A stretch of DNA of 54,580 bases, the filler included, from Sphacelaria rigidula (Eukaryota): NCBI GenBank assembly GCA_964200075.2. It is 5 parts of 5 records of this genome, joined end to end, with 100 filler letters (N's around TTAATTAATTAA, not from the genome) between each part and the next. Parts side by side here need not be neighbours in the genome. Positions count along the whole stretch, not along the records: positions 10,939 to 21,775 come from CAXNAA020005826.1; positions 21,876 to 32,710 come from CAXNAA020005827.1; 3 more parts are not named here. One strand, written 5' to 3'. Under the pieces are notes generated by a model. It was not told the DNA's origin, made no database searches, and worked only from the letters and a program-made list of their open reading frames with translations. The stretch's first letter is position 1. The number at the start of each line of letters is the position of its first letter. Positions 12,227-23,536 of this stretch are shown piece by piece. A program made the translations under genes and the position numbers.

Positions 12227-12622
12227 GAACACGGGATTTTACAAATTGGGGATGGATCTTTCATTGCGGATGAGAAACCCGGAGAATTAGAGTCTTCGAA
12301 ACATGGTTCCATTTCTTCACTTACTGGTGGCTATTGACAACTACTACACGCCATACAAATTTGGATTCCGGTAATCGAAATGTCGGGGTCCTAGGTGAAA
12401 TAAATTTTTTGGGGGATTTAGGTGATCCGATCGGACGCCCAAAATTGGTACTTCACCTAGGACCCCGACATTTCGGTTATAGAAATCCAAATTTGTATGG
12501 CGTGTAGTAGTTGTCAATAGCTACCAGCAGGTGAAGAATGGAACCATGTTTCGAAGATTTCGTGTGGAGATGAAATTTTAATTCTCCGGATTTTCATCTC
12601 CAATTTGTAAAATTCCGTGTTC
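12227..12622. repeat. Long inverted repeat / foldback element (~170-bp arms, ~50-bp spacer)
   Basis: 12227-12399 is the near reverse complement of 12452-12622, e.g. CTATTGACAACTACTACACGCCATACAAATTTGGATT vs AATCCAAATTTGTATGGCGTGTAGTAGTTGTCAATAG. Confidence 0.92.
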
Positions 12623-13476
12623 CAGGGTGTGATCAATACGTACGGTAGCCGCGGGAGCAGCCACCGAAGCTGCAGGAGCTGCCGCAACGATTGACTGCGC
12701 CGGATGCTACATTTCAAGCATGCACAAGTTCCAATCAATGTAGTTAGTACAGACGCACACTTGGTGCAGTAATACATTTCGATGCAAAACTACATTTGGG
12801 CAAAAAACATAGCCGGCCATGAGGGTGGGTTGTATGAGGTCGATCACAGTGAACGATGTTTTGACATACGTCTGTCGCAACGCCCGTTCGACATTTTGGG
12901 TAGGGTATTTTCAATATTTGGGTATGTTGAGAATTCGTACGCCAATACGTTAACTCGGGTGATTTTGAGATCGTACTCAACAATACCCAGATATTGGGTG
13001 GGGTATTGGATTGTCCTTAACTCAACCCAACATTTGGGTGGAGTTTGGAGATTGGGGTATCACAACACAAAATTCGGTAGTGTAAATACACCGGTATATA
13101 TTTTACACAATAAGAAGGGTTAATTTAAAATCAATTATGATTAATAAATATTTAAATGTTCTTTGAGGATAGGAATGCTGTTGGGATGGCTGGGATGAAA
13201 AATGATTTTCGTCATCATTGAACACGGGGAAGACAATAACTTTTATTACATATACTAATAATACATATTAAACTCATATTTGATTTAATTTGGAGTGGAA
13301 TATTTTTTTTGGAAAAAAGGAAAACAGATATATATTACATGTATTGTCAGTTTTTTTCTTTTAAATTTGCTTCGTTTCCAGTTTGTGTGAAATGTTTCTG
13401 GGTCCGATTCCTTAAATGATTTATTTTACCTTAGCTTCGGGTAGTTTCAAGCTTGTGACCAAGGAAGGCGTTCGCA

Positions 13477-13497
13477 TCAGATGCTCAGTACAGAGTA
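13477..13497 (-). CDS. Unknown protein (contig 2 gene), putative terminal coding exon YSVLSI*
   Basis: Acceptor gtctgcgcag. Phase 0 matches the upstream exon, and it ends in TGA. Confidence 0.5.
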   Translation of the reverse strand, partial: YSVLSI

Positions 13498-13787
13498 CTG
13501 CGCAGACATCGGAACGGTTTGACGTGAAGACAACAACAACAACAACAACAACAACATATGTACCCTACCCAACATACACATGAACCGCTCATGACAATTA
13601 CAAGATAACAACGGTCGGACAAATGGATGATTCGTCTGGAAATCGATCGCTTTGATACCAAGACCCAACGGATGAACCAACGCTGCTACCGAAACGCCGT
13701 TGTTATTCTTCATACACATTTCGGTTTGAAACGATAAAAACGCTGTCAAGTTCTCTGAGATTATGACTGAGATAAAAAAAAAAATAC

Positions 13788-13914
13788 CTGAGAGCGCGGG
13801 CCGGCCGAGAATCTGGAGGAGGCATCTTTGGGTAGGGGATAGCCTGCCAGGGACCCCTGGTCAAGCGTACTTCCGTTGTCAGTGTCCCACCCTGGATCGT
13901 CATCGTCGTAGTAC
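13788..13914 (-). CDS. Unknown protein (contig 2 gene), exon (R)YYDDDDPGWDTDNGSTLDQGSLAGYPLPKDASSRFSAGPRSQ
   Basis: Pyrimidine-rich acceptor ...tatctcag and donor CAG/gtattt. 127 nt, phase 2 to 0, open frame. Confidence 0.8.
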
Positions 13915-13974
13915 CTGAGATAATGCGTGTGTGCGATTGAAAAGCAAAAAATAAGGAGGGAATGAAGTTCAAAC

Positions 13975-14110
13975 CAAGGGGGAAGGGGGGGAGGGGTACT
14001 CATGAAATTGCGTGCAACGGTCATGAGACCATTGATCTTGCATCCCTAGAAAGCCGGGACGGAGCACGCCAGGATTTTGGTGCACCAGACTCGTGGAAAA
14101 GGGGGGGGGG
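13975..14110 (-). mobile_element. Non-LTR tail copy, flanked by C-runs on both sides (minus strand)
   Basis: Reverse complement of GGCGTGCTCCGTCCCGGCTTTCTAGGGATGC...TCATGAGTACCCC. Confidence 0.75.
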
Positions 14111-14592
14111 TTCGTAAGAGACACAACACTTTACAAGTAAAGTACTGTATCCTTGGGGTAGCCGGAAAAAAGTTCGAGTACTACATAAGAGAAGAAAAAA
14201 ATTGAAGAAAAAAAAACGGGCATGGACAAAAATCACAAAGAGACAAGAAGCAGGATAACGTATACAATGTTGAAAGCATGTAGGAGGCAACGCGAAGAGG
14301 GATGGAGAAAGAGGTTGGACGCATTAACGAATCGAATATATATTAAAATATGTATTTATTCATGTGGTAGTGTTCCCCAAAAAACTACGCTCGGAATCGA
14401 CTAGGCTTGGCTGCACCATTACAAAACTCCTCCGGGAGGCACCGGAGAGCCCGATGAACCTCAACGGAAGGTCAAGCCCGACTTGAATGTGTTCAATTTT
14501 CGCTTATACTTTCCGAGAGTCTCTGGCGTCCCCAGTCCTGCAGATATTCGGGCCACAAATAAGGTTTGCAAAGCCTCGGAGTTATTGGACTA

Positions 14593-14767
14593 CGAGCTGG
14601 GCCAGCTTAAAAGCTGCTTAAACTTGCTCACACCACAGCTTCCCCAGTTTCCTGAATGAACACGATGTAAGCATATCACTGTGAAGTGTAGACCAACCTG
14701 GTGACACACGGCACCACCGTTGGATGAAAAAAAATGTACTACATAATGTATGACCTTGGCGACAGAC

Positions 14768-14808
<41 letters not shown>

Positions 14809-15200
14809 GGGATTCGAACTCATGACCTCCATAATTGGAGTCTCCCATCTCTTGATTTATAGAGGTGCAGCAGCGTCACGGAAAATGTTGGAAGCACGGC
14901 CCAATTCGATGAGTCTTGAGCTGAAATTTCAGGAAGACCTTCTACACCCAAGGCACTGATACTTCACGTGTCCAGCTGCAGATTCTTCTTTTTTTCCTGG
15001 ACTTACGGCATTGTCTTGTTTTTGCTGAGATTTCAAATGCTCATAACTTCTCATTTTCTTCTTTTTTTATTTGCTGGTCCCGTGGTCTTCTACATTTCGA
15101 TCATGAGAAGATGCTGTCAAAATTTCAGCGTCCAACTCCTAATATCGCGCCGTGCATCGCCTGAGCGAGATTCACACCTGCTCTTGGCTGGCCCAGCTCG
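14593..15200. mobile_element. Non-autonomous Tc1/mariner-like element with a nested (TA)n and SINE head
   Basis: Perfect 14-bp TIRs CGAGCTGGGCCAGC / GCTGGCCCAGCTCG with TA on both sides. (TA)n at 14770-14805. Confidence 0.8.
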
Positions 15201-15619
15201 TAGTAACGGGATGATATCTTGTGATGACTCGTGTGACTCCAGACACTTCGGTTTTTCATTTAGGGGTACAGTACATGACTCCAGCCGGACTCGAGTCGGA
15301 CTTGTCCTGACCTGGGATCACTCGGAAAAATACTCGGGTTGAACCCTTCCTCATGTTCAGAGTTTCCATAATTCGGACGAATCGCGCTTTGCCACGATCA
15401 AATCACAAACTCGTTGGACAAAAAACAATAGGTGAAACCAGAAGAACTGATGATACGTTTACGAAAAACAACACCACCACGACTGTCACTGCATCCCTTC
15501 AAAGACACTCACTGTGGACTACGGGGACGGGTGAACAAAATATGATTCCGAGAATAAAAATCGGGGTAGGCAAGATACTGCTCCGATGGTACAAAATCGG
15601 GGTATACAAGATACTGCTG

Positions 15620-15834
15620 ATCACACCCTGGACAAAATATTTCATTGTAAAAAAATGTACTGCGTACAGTATGTATTCTTTTGTCTAATGCAATGGGCAG
15701 AAATGGAAGGCCACGGACTTGTCCCGAGGAATGGAAAGGCTTCAAAGTGCGACAAAAAAAAATAGGCGCAATAGTTGATACTGCACAGTACACTTTTTGA
15801 CAATGCAATCCATTGTCGTTGTCCACGGTGTGGT
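15620..15834. mobile_element. Small MITE (ATCACACCCTGGACAA-type TIR) with a nested SINE fragment
   Basis: Ends ATCACACCCTGGACAA / TTGTCCACGGTGTGGT. A related copy at 18542-18700 shares GTACTGCGTACAGTAT...ACAGTACACTTTTTG. Confidence 0.6.
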
Positions 15835-16407
15835 CGGGATTAACAAGATAATGTTCCGAGAATACACAGTCAGGGGGTAGGCACCATACTACTCCGAAAA
15901 TACACAGTGACCATCATCAACTCATGACCCCTCCCCCGCTCAAGGGTGTTCGAAGTAGTAGTAGTAGAGGTAAGAACGGTTAACGGCGAATATTTCATGC
16001 GCTCCGGAATCCTCGGTGTTTTCTCTTCGGTCTACACTTGAACATCCTGGGGGATAATTCATATGCGGGCAGTCCATATCCCATGTACGCTCGTGCGATC
16101 CAGCACTGCAAATTTCAAACATCACAGAGGCAATGATACTCTACCCTAAGCACCCTTGGATCCCTTGAGATTTCCTGGGTATCGACACCTGTAATCATTT
16201 TCCAACCGACAATTATCCCTTGCTCAACGGACGCGACACACATGCATCGACAGTAAAAAATGAGGATATTTTGCGACTAATTCATGACGTTTTATTGTTA
16301 TTTTGCCATGACTATACTATAGTCAACAGTTAATGAAAGTTATCTGTTCGAGTCGTCACTGGATTTGTGCCACGACCATGCTACAGGCAGCAATTAGTAA
16401 AAATCAC

Positions 16408-16529
16408 CTGCTTGAGTCGTTATCTGACAAAGCACCCTCGTTCACCGGCCCACCCGGTACGACCGAGCCGTACTCGCTCTGCCCACCATATTCGCTGAAC
16501 ATTCCATCCGGGCCACGAGACACGTAACT
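16408..16529 (-). CDS. Unknown protein (contig 2 gene), exon SYVSRGPDGMFSEYGGQSEYGSVVPGGPVNEGALSDNDSS(R)
   Basis: Acceptor ttttccttaacag and donor AG/gtgatt. 122 nt, phase 0 to 2, which exactly bridges the flanking exons. The SEYG motif is also in exon 19592-19710. Confidence 0.8.
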
Positions 16530-16850
16530 CTGTTAAGGAAAATATGTGGAGGCAAAAAAAGATAGATTGGAAAACGACAAAATAAGGACCGAAAAAATTG
16601 AGGCATACGTGCAAGTCCACCCACGAGCTTCATACCGTTCAGGCCACAAGACACGAAGCTCTGTTTAAGGAGAGATGTCAAGACGAGAGGGATAATGGAA
16701 AGCGTCGAAATTGAGACGAACATGCAACTTCGTTCGCGAGCTCCATACCGTCTGGACCATGAGACACGAAGCTCTGTTTGAGGACAGGAAAAAAAATATA
16801 TATCACGGGTACGTGTAGTCAACAATGAAAATGAGACATGCACATAGTAC
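16500..16850 (-). repeat. Triplicated 3' splice site plus exon-start unit (period 113-131 bp)
   Basis: Three copies of ..CT(T/C)A(A)ACAG|AG(C/T)T(T/A)CGTGTCT, with exon starts at 16773, 16660 and 16529. Confidence 0.85.
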
Positions 16851-17435
16851 GGGACATTACATTCGCCACACTCCGTAATTGCAACGACCGCCAAACAAAG
16901 ATTAAGAGGCAATTTCGGTGGAAAAAACGCGTTCCTTTTTCGAGTGTTCACCTATTCCAGAACTTCCGGGTGGAAAAAAAACCCCGGCAAACTTCCAACT
17001 CACGACTCAACCCTTAGAGCGCGAGGGTAGTCCATCTCGATAATGCATACTTTTGCGACGATAGTTTGATGTCGATTCAACAGATCGCCTATCCCTGTCT
17101 GAGGATTTACTCGGTAGTGTGCTATTATAACCCATCCAGTAGAAAAGAGATAACGCTGAGTTACACCGTATTACTCAGCAGCTGAGTGATACAAAAACGA
17201 GTTATAAGAGTTCACTTATCCGACGTGTACAAAATTTCCGAATAAGTACAGGCTGGGTCGGCCGAAAAACGGTCAGACCGTGGGCACACCACAACTTCTC
17301 CAGTTTCCCAAATCAGCCCGCTTCAAGCATATCGCAGTGACCTGCGGTCCTACCTGGTGACATACGACTCCGCCGCTGCTCGATTGGCACAGTTTTGCAA
17401 TATACCAAGAGTTTTGGTCGTATATCTGGAGTTCA

Positions 17436-17695
17436 CAACATGACTACTTGATTTTAGAGTTGAGAAAGTTCGGAAAAAATTTATGGTTTGGGACAGGTGA
17501 GCAGTGGAACCAGCTCGTCCAGAACGCGTTCTTGTCGAAATCGGCGCCTACGGCATCGATTCAAGGTTCGTCAACGCACACTTTGCCCTGGGGAATCTAT
17601 GTAACCCCCTTGCCCAAGGGTCGCATACTCCTTGTGTCGGGGTGAGGGTTAGGGTAAGGGTTATTGTTAGTTTGTTCGAAAAAATCAACCATAGA
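17436..17695 (+). mobile_element. Non-autonomous element carrying an internal telomere-like (TTAGGG/TTAGCG)n tract
   Basis: Homologous to 18090-18490(-), 30762-31005(-) and a degenerate copy at ~19340-19520. Contains GGGTGAGGGTTAGGGTAAGGGTTA. Confidence 0.7.
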
Positions 17696-18089
17696 TATGT
17701 GACCAAAACTCTAGGTCGCCTCCAGTTTTGGCTGTGACACTATTGCACTGCACTGAGAACGGGGTGTATCTTATATCGTGGCGTGATGGCGTGTTCTCAG
17801 TGTTCTTCATTTTATTTTCTAAATAATACAACGCGGCGGAATCACGTTTGACAACTTTGACATTCTTAGTCAAGAAGAGTGCACTGGGAATGCTGCGAGA
17901 TGGTATCAAGCTCGCGTGCCCCCATCATGGGAGAGGACTTCCGGACTGATTGTCACATATAATGAGCACTGGCAAAAGTACCTATAGCCCATTGGGTGTG
18001 TATGTATCAAACACGTGTGCAGTGGTGTATCGCTTTCAAGTGTACGGCATCATGGGCTGTACAGTGCTCTCCGCCGGCATGAGTGGAGG

Positions 18090-18490
18090 TTAGTTCACCA
18101 TTTGGGAGGTTGAGAAATTTCTCGAAAATTCATAATTTCGAACAAACTGAAACTCTAACGCTAATGCTAACGCCAACAAAGGCACACCGAGAACCCTCGG
18201 GCAAGGGGGTGCAAAGTGCTCGCTAGGCAAAGTGTGCGTTGTCAAACCACAAACTGAAACTCTAACGCTAACGCTAACCCCAACCCCAATAAAGGCACAC
18301 CGAGAACCCTCGGGCAAGGGGGTGCAAAGTGTTCGATAGGCAAAATGTGCGTTGCCAGACCTGAAATCGGCGCCCCAGGAGCCGATTTCGACATAAACGG
18401 GGTCCTGCGCACGATTGGAGCGCAGCCTTGATAAAGACCCGGATTTCTCTGTCCACACCGAAATCTAGTCGAATTGAAAATCAACCGTAG
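18090..18490 (-). mobile_element. Same telomere-repeat-bearing family, with an internal tandem duplication
   Basis: (CTAACG)n/(CCAACC) tracts. AAAGGCACACCGAGAACCCTCGGGCAAGGGGGTGCAAAGTG occurs twice. Confidence 0.7.
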
Positions 18491-18762
18491 CACCCTCCCA
18501 AGTGGTGAACTATACTTCAGAAGTGTGACGCTGCATGAACTCCACACCGGGGCCAGTGTCAATAAATCACGTCATCAAAAAGTGTACTGCGTACAGTATA
18601 GTAAACAATCTTTTGTCTGTTGCAATAGACGTACTAGTCAACACTGTACACAGTACACTTTTTGGCAACGTAACCTTATCGTCGCTCTTCAGGCTGTGGT
18701 GAAACTCACGGCACGAGAGCCTGCCATCGACTACAGCAGCACTGTACCCATTCCACTTTTAC

Positions 18763-18912
18763 CGTCGGCATTCCGGCATCCATGGATTCCGGTCGGTCTT
18801 CAGGGTTACCGCGCGCACTGCTCTTTGGAGGCCTTGACGTGTCCATGACTCTTTCATTGTTGGCACTCGTTGAGCACGACCACTTGTCCGCGCATGGACG
18901 TGGGTAGCGAAT
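18763..18912 (-). CDS. Unknown protein (contig 2 gene), exon IRYPRPCADKWSCSTSANNERVMDTSRPPKSSARGNPEDRPESMDAGMPT
   Basis: cag acceptor with a weak pyrimidine tract (an in-frame alternative lies 18 nt upstream) and donor ACG/gtaaaa. 150 nt, phase 0 to 0, so the gene model also works without it. Confidence 0.55.
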
Positions 18913-19591
18913 CTGTGGCAGGTACTCTCGCTAGCCGAAACGTCGCACAACAGAGTCTGAACTCGGTCGTACTTCGGAACATATAACAGCGTTATGGTGA
19001 GATTGAGAGTAGAGCGCTGATCGAAAGTGGCTTTGGTCATTCGCTTTAAGTTCGCTAATTCTTCATTTCGAGTGTGCTTTTCTTTGCCTCATTCATTAGC
19101 GTCTGCTTACAGCTAAACGTCGATATCCTTTTGATGGATGTTTTGTATATCAAGGGCCTCCGTGGCACGCTACTACAGAAAGCATGCCGGGCCTCGTTGC
19201 GGGGCATTTCGGAACTGAAACGATTCATTCACCAGTTGGCCACTTTTCACTCTCAGCCGTTTTCTGTACTCCAAATCTCGCGAAAATATCATTATATGTC
19301 GTAATTTCGGACGATGGTACCGTGCGGGACAACAAGGCTTCTTACTTGATTTTAGAATGAAGAGCGATATTTGGATCTTCAGAGGGGTTGACAGTCCCGT
19401 GCGCTCCTATTATAGAGCTCGCCCAAAACGTGCTCCTGTCTAACTTGGCGCTGCAGGTGCCGATTTGGGGTCTCCCAACGCACACTTTGCTTTGGACACC
19501 CTCTGCATCGCCTGTACTCGACAGTTTGGTTATCTAATTCTTGACCTATTTCACTCGGTACTTTGTTAAAAAATTTCATGTATGAACACAC

Positions 19592-19710
19592 CTCCGTTCG
19601 GCCGCCATCATAGGTCCCGCCATTGTCCCCGTAGTCATGCTCCACCACCTCTCCATACTCCGACTCGTCTCCCGCTGCTCCTGCTCCCAAGGCTCCCCCA
19701 TTCGCAGTGC
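19592..19710 (-). CDS. Unknown protein (contig 2 gene), exon (G)TANGGALGAGAAGDESEYGEVVEHDYGDNGGTYDGGRTE
   Basis: Strong pyrimidine tract plus catcag acceptor, donor GAG/gtgtgt. 119 nt, phase 1 to 0. Confidence 0.85.
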
Positions 19711-19835
19711 CTGATGTGTAGCAAATGAAAAAAAAGAGAAAAAGACGGGTGACACCAACGGCGATTTCCCGAAGACGCATGCATTCGCAAGTGTTGACGT
19801 TCCGGTATTCCGCACTTTGGAACACAGAACATCTT

Positions 19836-20094
19836 CCACGGTTGGGACGAATCATCACGACAACGAATCAACGAATTCACGATTTATTCGGCCTGAATGC
19901 CCAAAAGGGAGAAAAAAGTTGATCGCTGGTCCAAGGGGTATCCACGCAACTTTTGCGCCATTTTCCGTGTCTGGGCTGCGTGTACCTGGGTTGCAACGCT
20001 GGAAACGAAGCCTAGGGATTGATTCGTACGAGTCGCATCAGTCATACTAAGACCAAGTAATTTCCAGACGAATCACTGTTTGTCCGACCCTTGG
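19836..20094. mobile_element. MITE, CCAAGGGTCGGAC-TIR family (259 bp)
   Basis: TIRs CCACGGTTGGGACGAAT / GTTTGTCCGACCCTTGG. Four copies lie in four different contigs. Confidence 0.85.
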
Positions 20095-20512
20095 AAGCAT
20101 TGTTCCCGCGAATCTTGCATAAAATCAAGCTCCCCTACTTTCGCAAAACACCGCGTAGTTATATCGACAATGACAGTGGAAACTAACTAGCGCAATAAAG
20201 ATAGATATGAGAATATTTGAACTGATCTCTTCCCCGAGTGGCTCTACGGTTATTTTGATTCATTTATTCGTCGCACTTTCTGTGCTTTGCTCTAGTTGGC
20301 TCTTAACATGATTCTTCTTCACCTTTTTTTTCCTCACATTTCAGTATATACTTTGTCGTACTGATTGACTTGTTTTTTTCCTTCTGTTCCTTCATTTTTT
20401 GAGCTAGTGATTCAGTTCTGCTTTTCATGGGTACGTCCATCATGCGACCACAGCTGGATCCCTGGAGGGTCAGTTGAAGTGCGACAATCAATAAATCAAT
20501 GAACTAATCAAA

Positions 20513-20705
20513 ATTTGAACCCACTCCCTTCCTCGGAACGAGCCCGTGGTCTCAAGGGACCAACCCATCTCTCCCCGGTTTGGTACGGTACACGCCTTGC
20601 ATTTGGGTCTCGCGGATTGGGTTAGCACTCCCGCACCGCGTCTTCTCACGTCCAACAAAAAAACTCAGTCAAATACTCTGTTGACTCATCTTCTCAAACT
20701 TTTCA
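20513..20705 (-). mobile_element. Truncated tRNA-SINE body
   Basis: TTTGAACCCACTCCCTTCCTCGG...TCTCAAGGGACCAACCCATCTCTCCC...GGTACACGCCTTGCATTT matches 8232-8410. Confidence 0.8.
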
Positions 20706-20931
20706 CGTGAGGGGTGCACATTTTTTTCCGAGCCTTTGCACTTCCGGGGCCTCTCGACGATCAACATGTGGGCTCCAGTGCCTCAGAAAACAACCATGTG
20801 TTTTATTTTATTTTTTGGGGGGGGGGGAACCGCCTGCAGACACACAAGGCATTAGACGGCTTTCCCTCCATTTTAGTTCTGTCCGGAGAACGATCATGTG
20901 TTTTTATTTTTTGGGGGGGGGAGGTACCCAC

Positions 20932-21081
20932 CTACAGACGTAGAAGGCATGAGACGGCCAAAGGACGCATTGCTCCTCGGGTCATCTTCTGCCGAAGAGT
21001 TGACCGGTTGCCCATTGTTTCGCAGCAGCGGTCTAGTGGTGTGGTGAGATCCGAGGCTAGATTTCCCGTCTCCGCCTCCAC
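20932..21081 (-). CDS. Unknown protein (contig 2 gene), exon (G)GGGDGKSSLGSHHTTRPLLRNNGQPVNSSAEDDPRSNASFGRLMPSTSV(G)
   Basis: Acceptor tttttcaaatttttcag and donor G/gtgggt. 150 nt, phase 1 to 1, compatible with both neighbours. Confidence 0.85.
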   Translation of the reverse strand: MEAETGNLASDLTTPLDRCCETMGNRSTLRQKMTRGAMRPLAVSCLLRL

Positions 21082-21420
21082 CTGAAAAATTTGAAAAATA
21101 AATAAATAAGGGGTATAGTTAAGGGGTCCACTTGTCCTTCCCCTACCCCAATCTCCAAACAATTGATTTTTTCCGAGCAAGAACACTTTCCTTCCCAAAA
21201 AAGTGAGAGGGCGCACAATTCATAACCAGATTGGGCAACAAATTTGTTTCAGTAATGACTGCACATTTCACCACATGTGTAGTGTAGCGTCGCACTTCGT
21301 TTTCCAGCCATTTTTTTTCGCCGAGACATCACACCAAAATTACAACAGCAACAAAAGGAAAACGCCTATTTCTCAAAAATATCCAGCCATCATGAAACCA
21401 ACACCGAAATAAAAACTTAC

Positions 21421-21536
21421 CTATTGGAGATCGTTCCTCAGCTGCATCACGTATCGGAGATCGCTCGTAGGCAGCCTGTATCGGTTGTTTAGGCTTGGCC
21501 GCATCCCTGCGCTTTCGCTCCGAGTGCAGCCAGCAC
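21421..21536 (-). CDS. Unknown protein (contig 2 gene), most 5' exon seen: CWLHSERKRRDAAKPKQPIQAAYERSPIRDAAEERSPI(G)
   Basis: atcag acceptor and consensus donor G/gtaagt. 116 nt, phase 2 to 1. The gene continues beyond the contig end. Confidence 0.8.
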
Positions 21537-21775
21537 CTGATCCGTCATTTTCAACACACATGAGTCATGATTATACACACTGGAGCCCCAAGAACGTTAG
21601 CGTAGTAGTGTTCGGAAACACAATCGACAAAGCCCTGTGCCTTCGCCTCGACTTACCCAGTATGAAAAGGCCGTTCCTTTCTCATGTGACATGACACTTT
21701 CGACGATCCCCCCCCCTCCCCCCCCCCCCTCACCCCCCACACGCCAAAAAATCCACAACCAAACACGCGCTACCA

Positions 21776-21875
21776 NNNNNNNNNNNNNNNNNNNNNNNNN
21801 NNNNNNNNNNNNNNNNNNNTTAATTAATTAANNNNNNNNNNNNNNNNNNNNNNNNNNNNNNNNNNNNNNNNNNNN
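21776..21875. other. Artificial contig linker
   Basis: N44-TTAATTAATTAA-N44. Confidence 0.98.
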
Positions 21876-23536
21876 CCTCATGGGTGTCTAACCTGTTTCG
21901 CAAACCCGGGGGGGTGGGGGGGGGGGTTGCTGATGATACTGCGTGCCGTAGTCATCAGGCCCTTGACCTCGACCCGTCGAGGGAGGGGGGCGTACTCATT
22001 TGGTGCTTGCCTGAGGGGAGGGGGGGGGGGGCGAGGGGGTTGTCTACTGCCGTGCCCGGAAAATACCACAAGACATGCGCTGGCAACCCAGCATTTTCCG
22101 CACTTGACCTGCAGCATGTTTCCACACATAAAAACAGTATAGCCCACGCGTAGTTCGCCGTGCTCACACACCTCGCAGGACTATGGAAAACTTTTGAACT
22201 CTCGTCACACCGACAGTGTAGCCCGAACGGTACCGTGCCGCAGATATGTACAAGCAGTCAAGTCCACGATCCTCTCGACAACTCTATGGTGCATCCCTCA
22301 TCGTACAGTGCAGTGCGGTACTAGATTTTTTTATCAGGGCATTGGTACATGCATGCCGGAGGAGACGGCACGGCGAGCAGTACTCACTGCAACACACTCT
22401 CCATAGCCTGTCTGTAGTTCTGCGGATGCGTAACTGATCACGGGGGCAAATGTGACAACGTATTGTACAGCACGGCTGGTTGGTTTGGTCGCTGTTGCCC
22501 ATGCTGCAAAACCGCAACACCCCGTTAGTTTGCCATCATACTTTATATTAGGCACACGGAGAAGCCAGCAGAAATGGCAAGTGGTGCGTCTAAAATTGAT
22601 GGACGTCGCGCAGACATCGTCATCGGTTCAGCAGCGGGACGTTCGATGGAAAGGTTGGAATATGGAATGTGCACAAGTATCTGCAAAATATACCCCAGAT
22701 CTGCAATTTAAGAACACCCCCTGCGAAATCTGGTGAGAAGTTCTCGAATCCCGCTGGCGACAGTCTCGGGGTGCAAAACTCAACACACCGAGAAGCCAGA
22801 GAAGGAGTAGGCGGTACGTCGTACTTCAGAGATACACTGGGGTTGGGGACATCGCAACCGATGCGGGGGCCTCGTGTGGAGTGCCGAGCTGGAACAAACG
22901 TGCAAAACTGCCGCACGGCCATTCGGAAGAATCCTCCGGTTCGCGTTCTTGTGGGGGCGCGTAGACTCGCGGAATCTGTAGGCAACACTCTATTTTCCAG
23001 GGCTGTCCTCAGTTACACGTCGCGCGTAAACACACATGAATATATATGTGCATGTGTGTGACAAATTCTTGTGTCGGCCTTCTCCCTGTGTGACCCCGGC
23101 TGATGCGCCCACCTATTATCAAAAGGTGTAGACTGGCGTTCAGAATGGAAGGGATAACAACAACAAACTATATAGAACAAACAAAAAGACTAAAGTGAGA
23201 AGAAAAAGGCCAAAAATAAACAAGACAAGGACAATGACTACTACAAAAGCAAAGACAAGAGAGAGGGACAATATATATCCTTGGGAGTACAGGTGATCCG
23301 GGATTACAGTGATGAAGGCAGACCCGCCATGTTTACGATCACTGAGAGGGGGGATCATTATTTCTGACGACCAAATGCGCCAACAAATGAATCATGACCG
23401 TACGTCCTGGGAATATATTTTTCTCGGTTGTTTATTTTGTATTTGTATTTTGTATTTGTATTTTTTGTATTTTTTTATCTTTTGATTTTTGTATTTTTCT
23501 GAATAAATTGATCAAATACATTTTCTACTGGCACAG

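Noticed and set aside
16500..16790. Repeat-spacer-repeat pattern resembling a CRISPR array
   Set aside because: Only three diverged units, the spacers are partly homologous to each other, the context is eukaryotic and there are no cas genes. It is explained as a duplicated splice-acceptor unit.
19347..19453. Open minus-strand segment with AG/GT ends (AKLDRSTFWASS...)
   Set aside because: It aligns with the dispersed repeat at 18340-18490, lacks a pyrimidine tract and has the wrong phase for the gene.
20938..21043. Plus-strand exon that could be joined to the typA exon at 23537
   Set aside because: It crosses an artificial linker, has no TypA similarity, and the same bases form a much better minus-strand exon.
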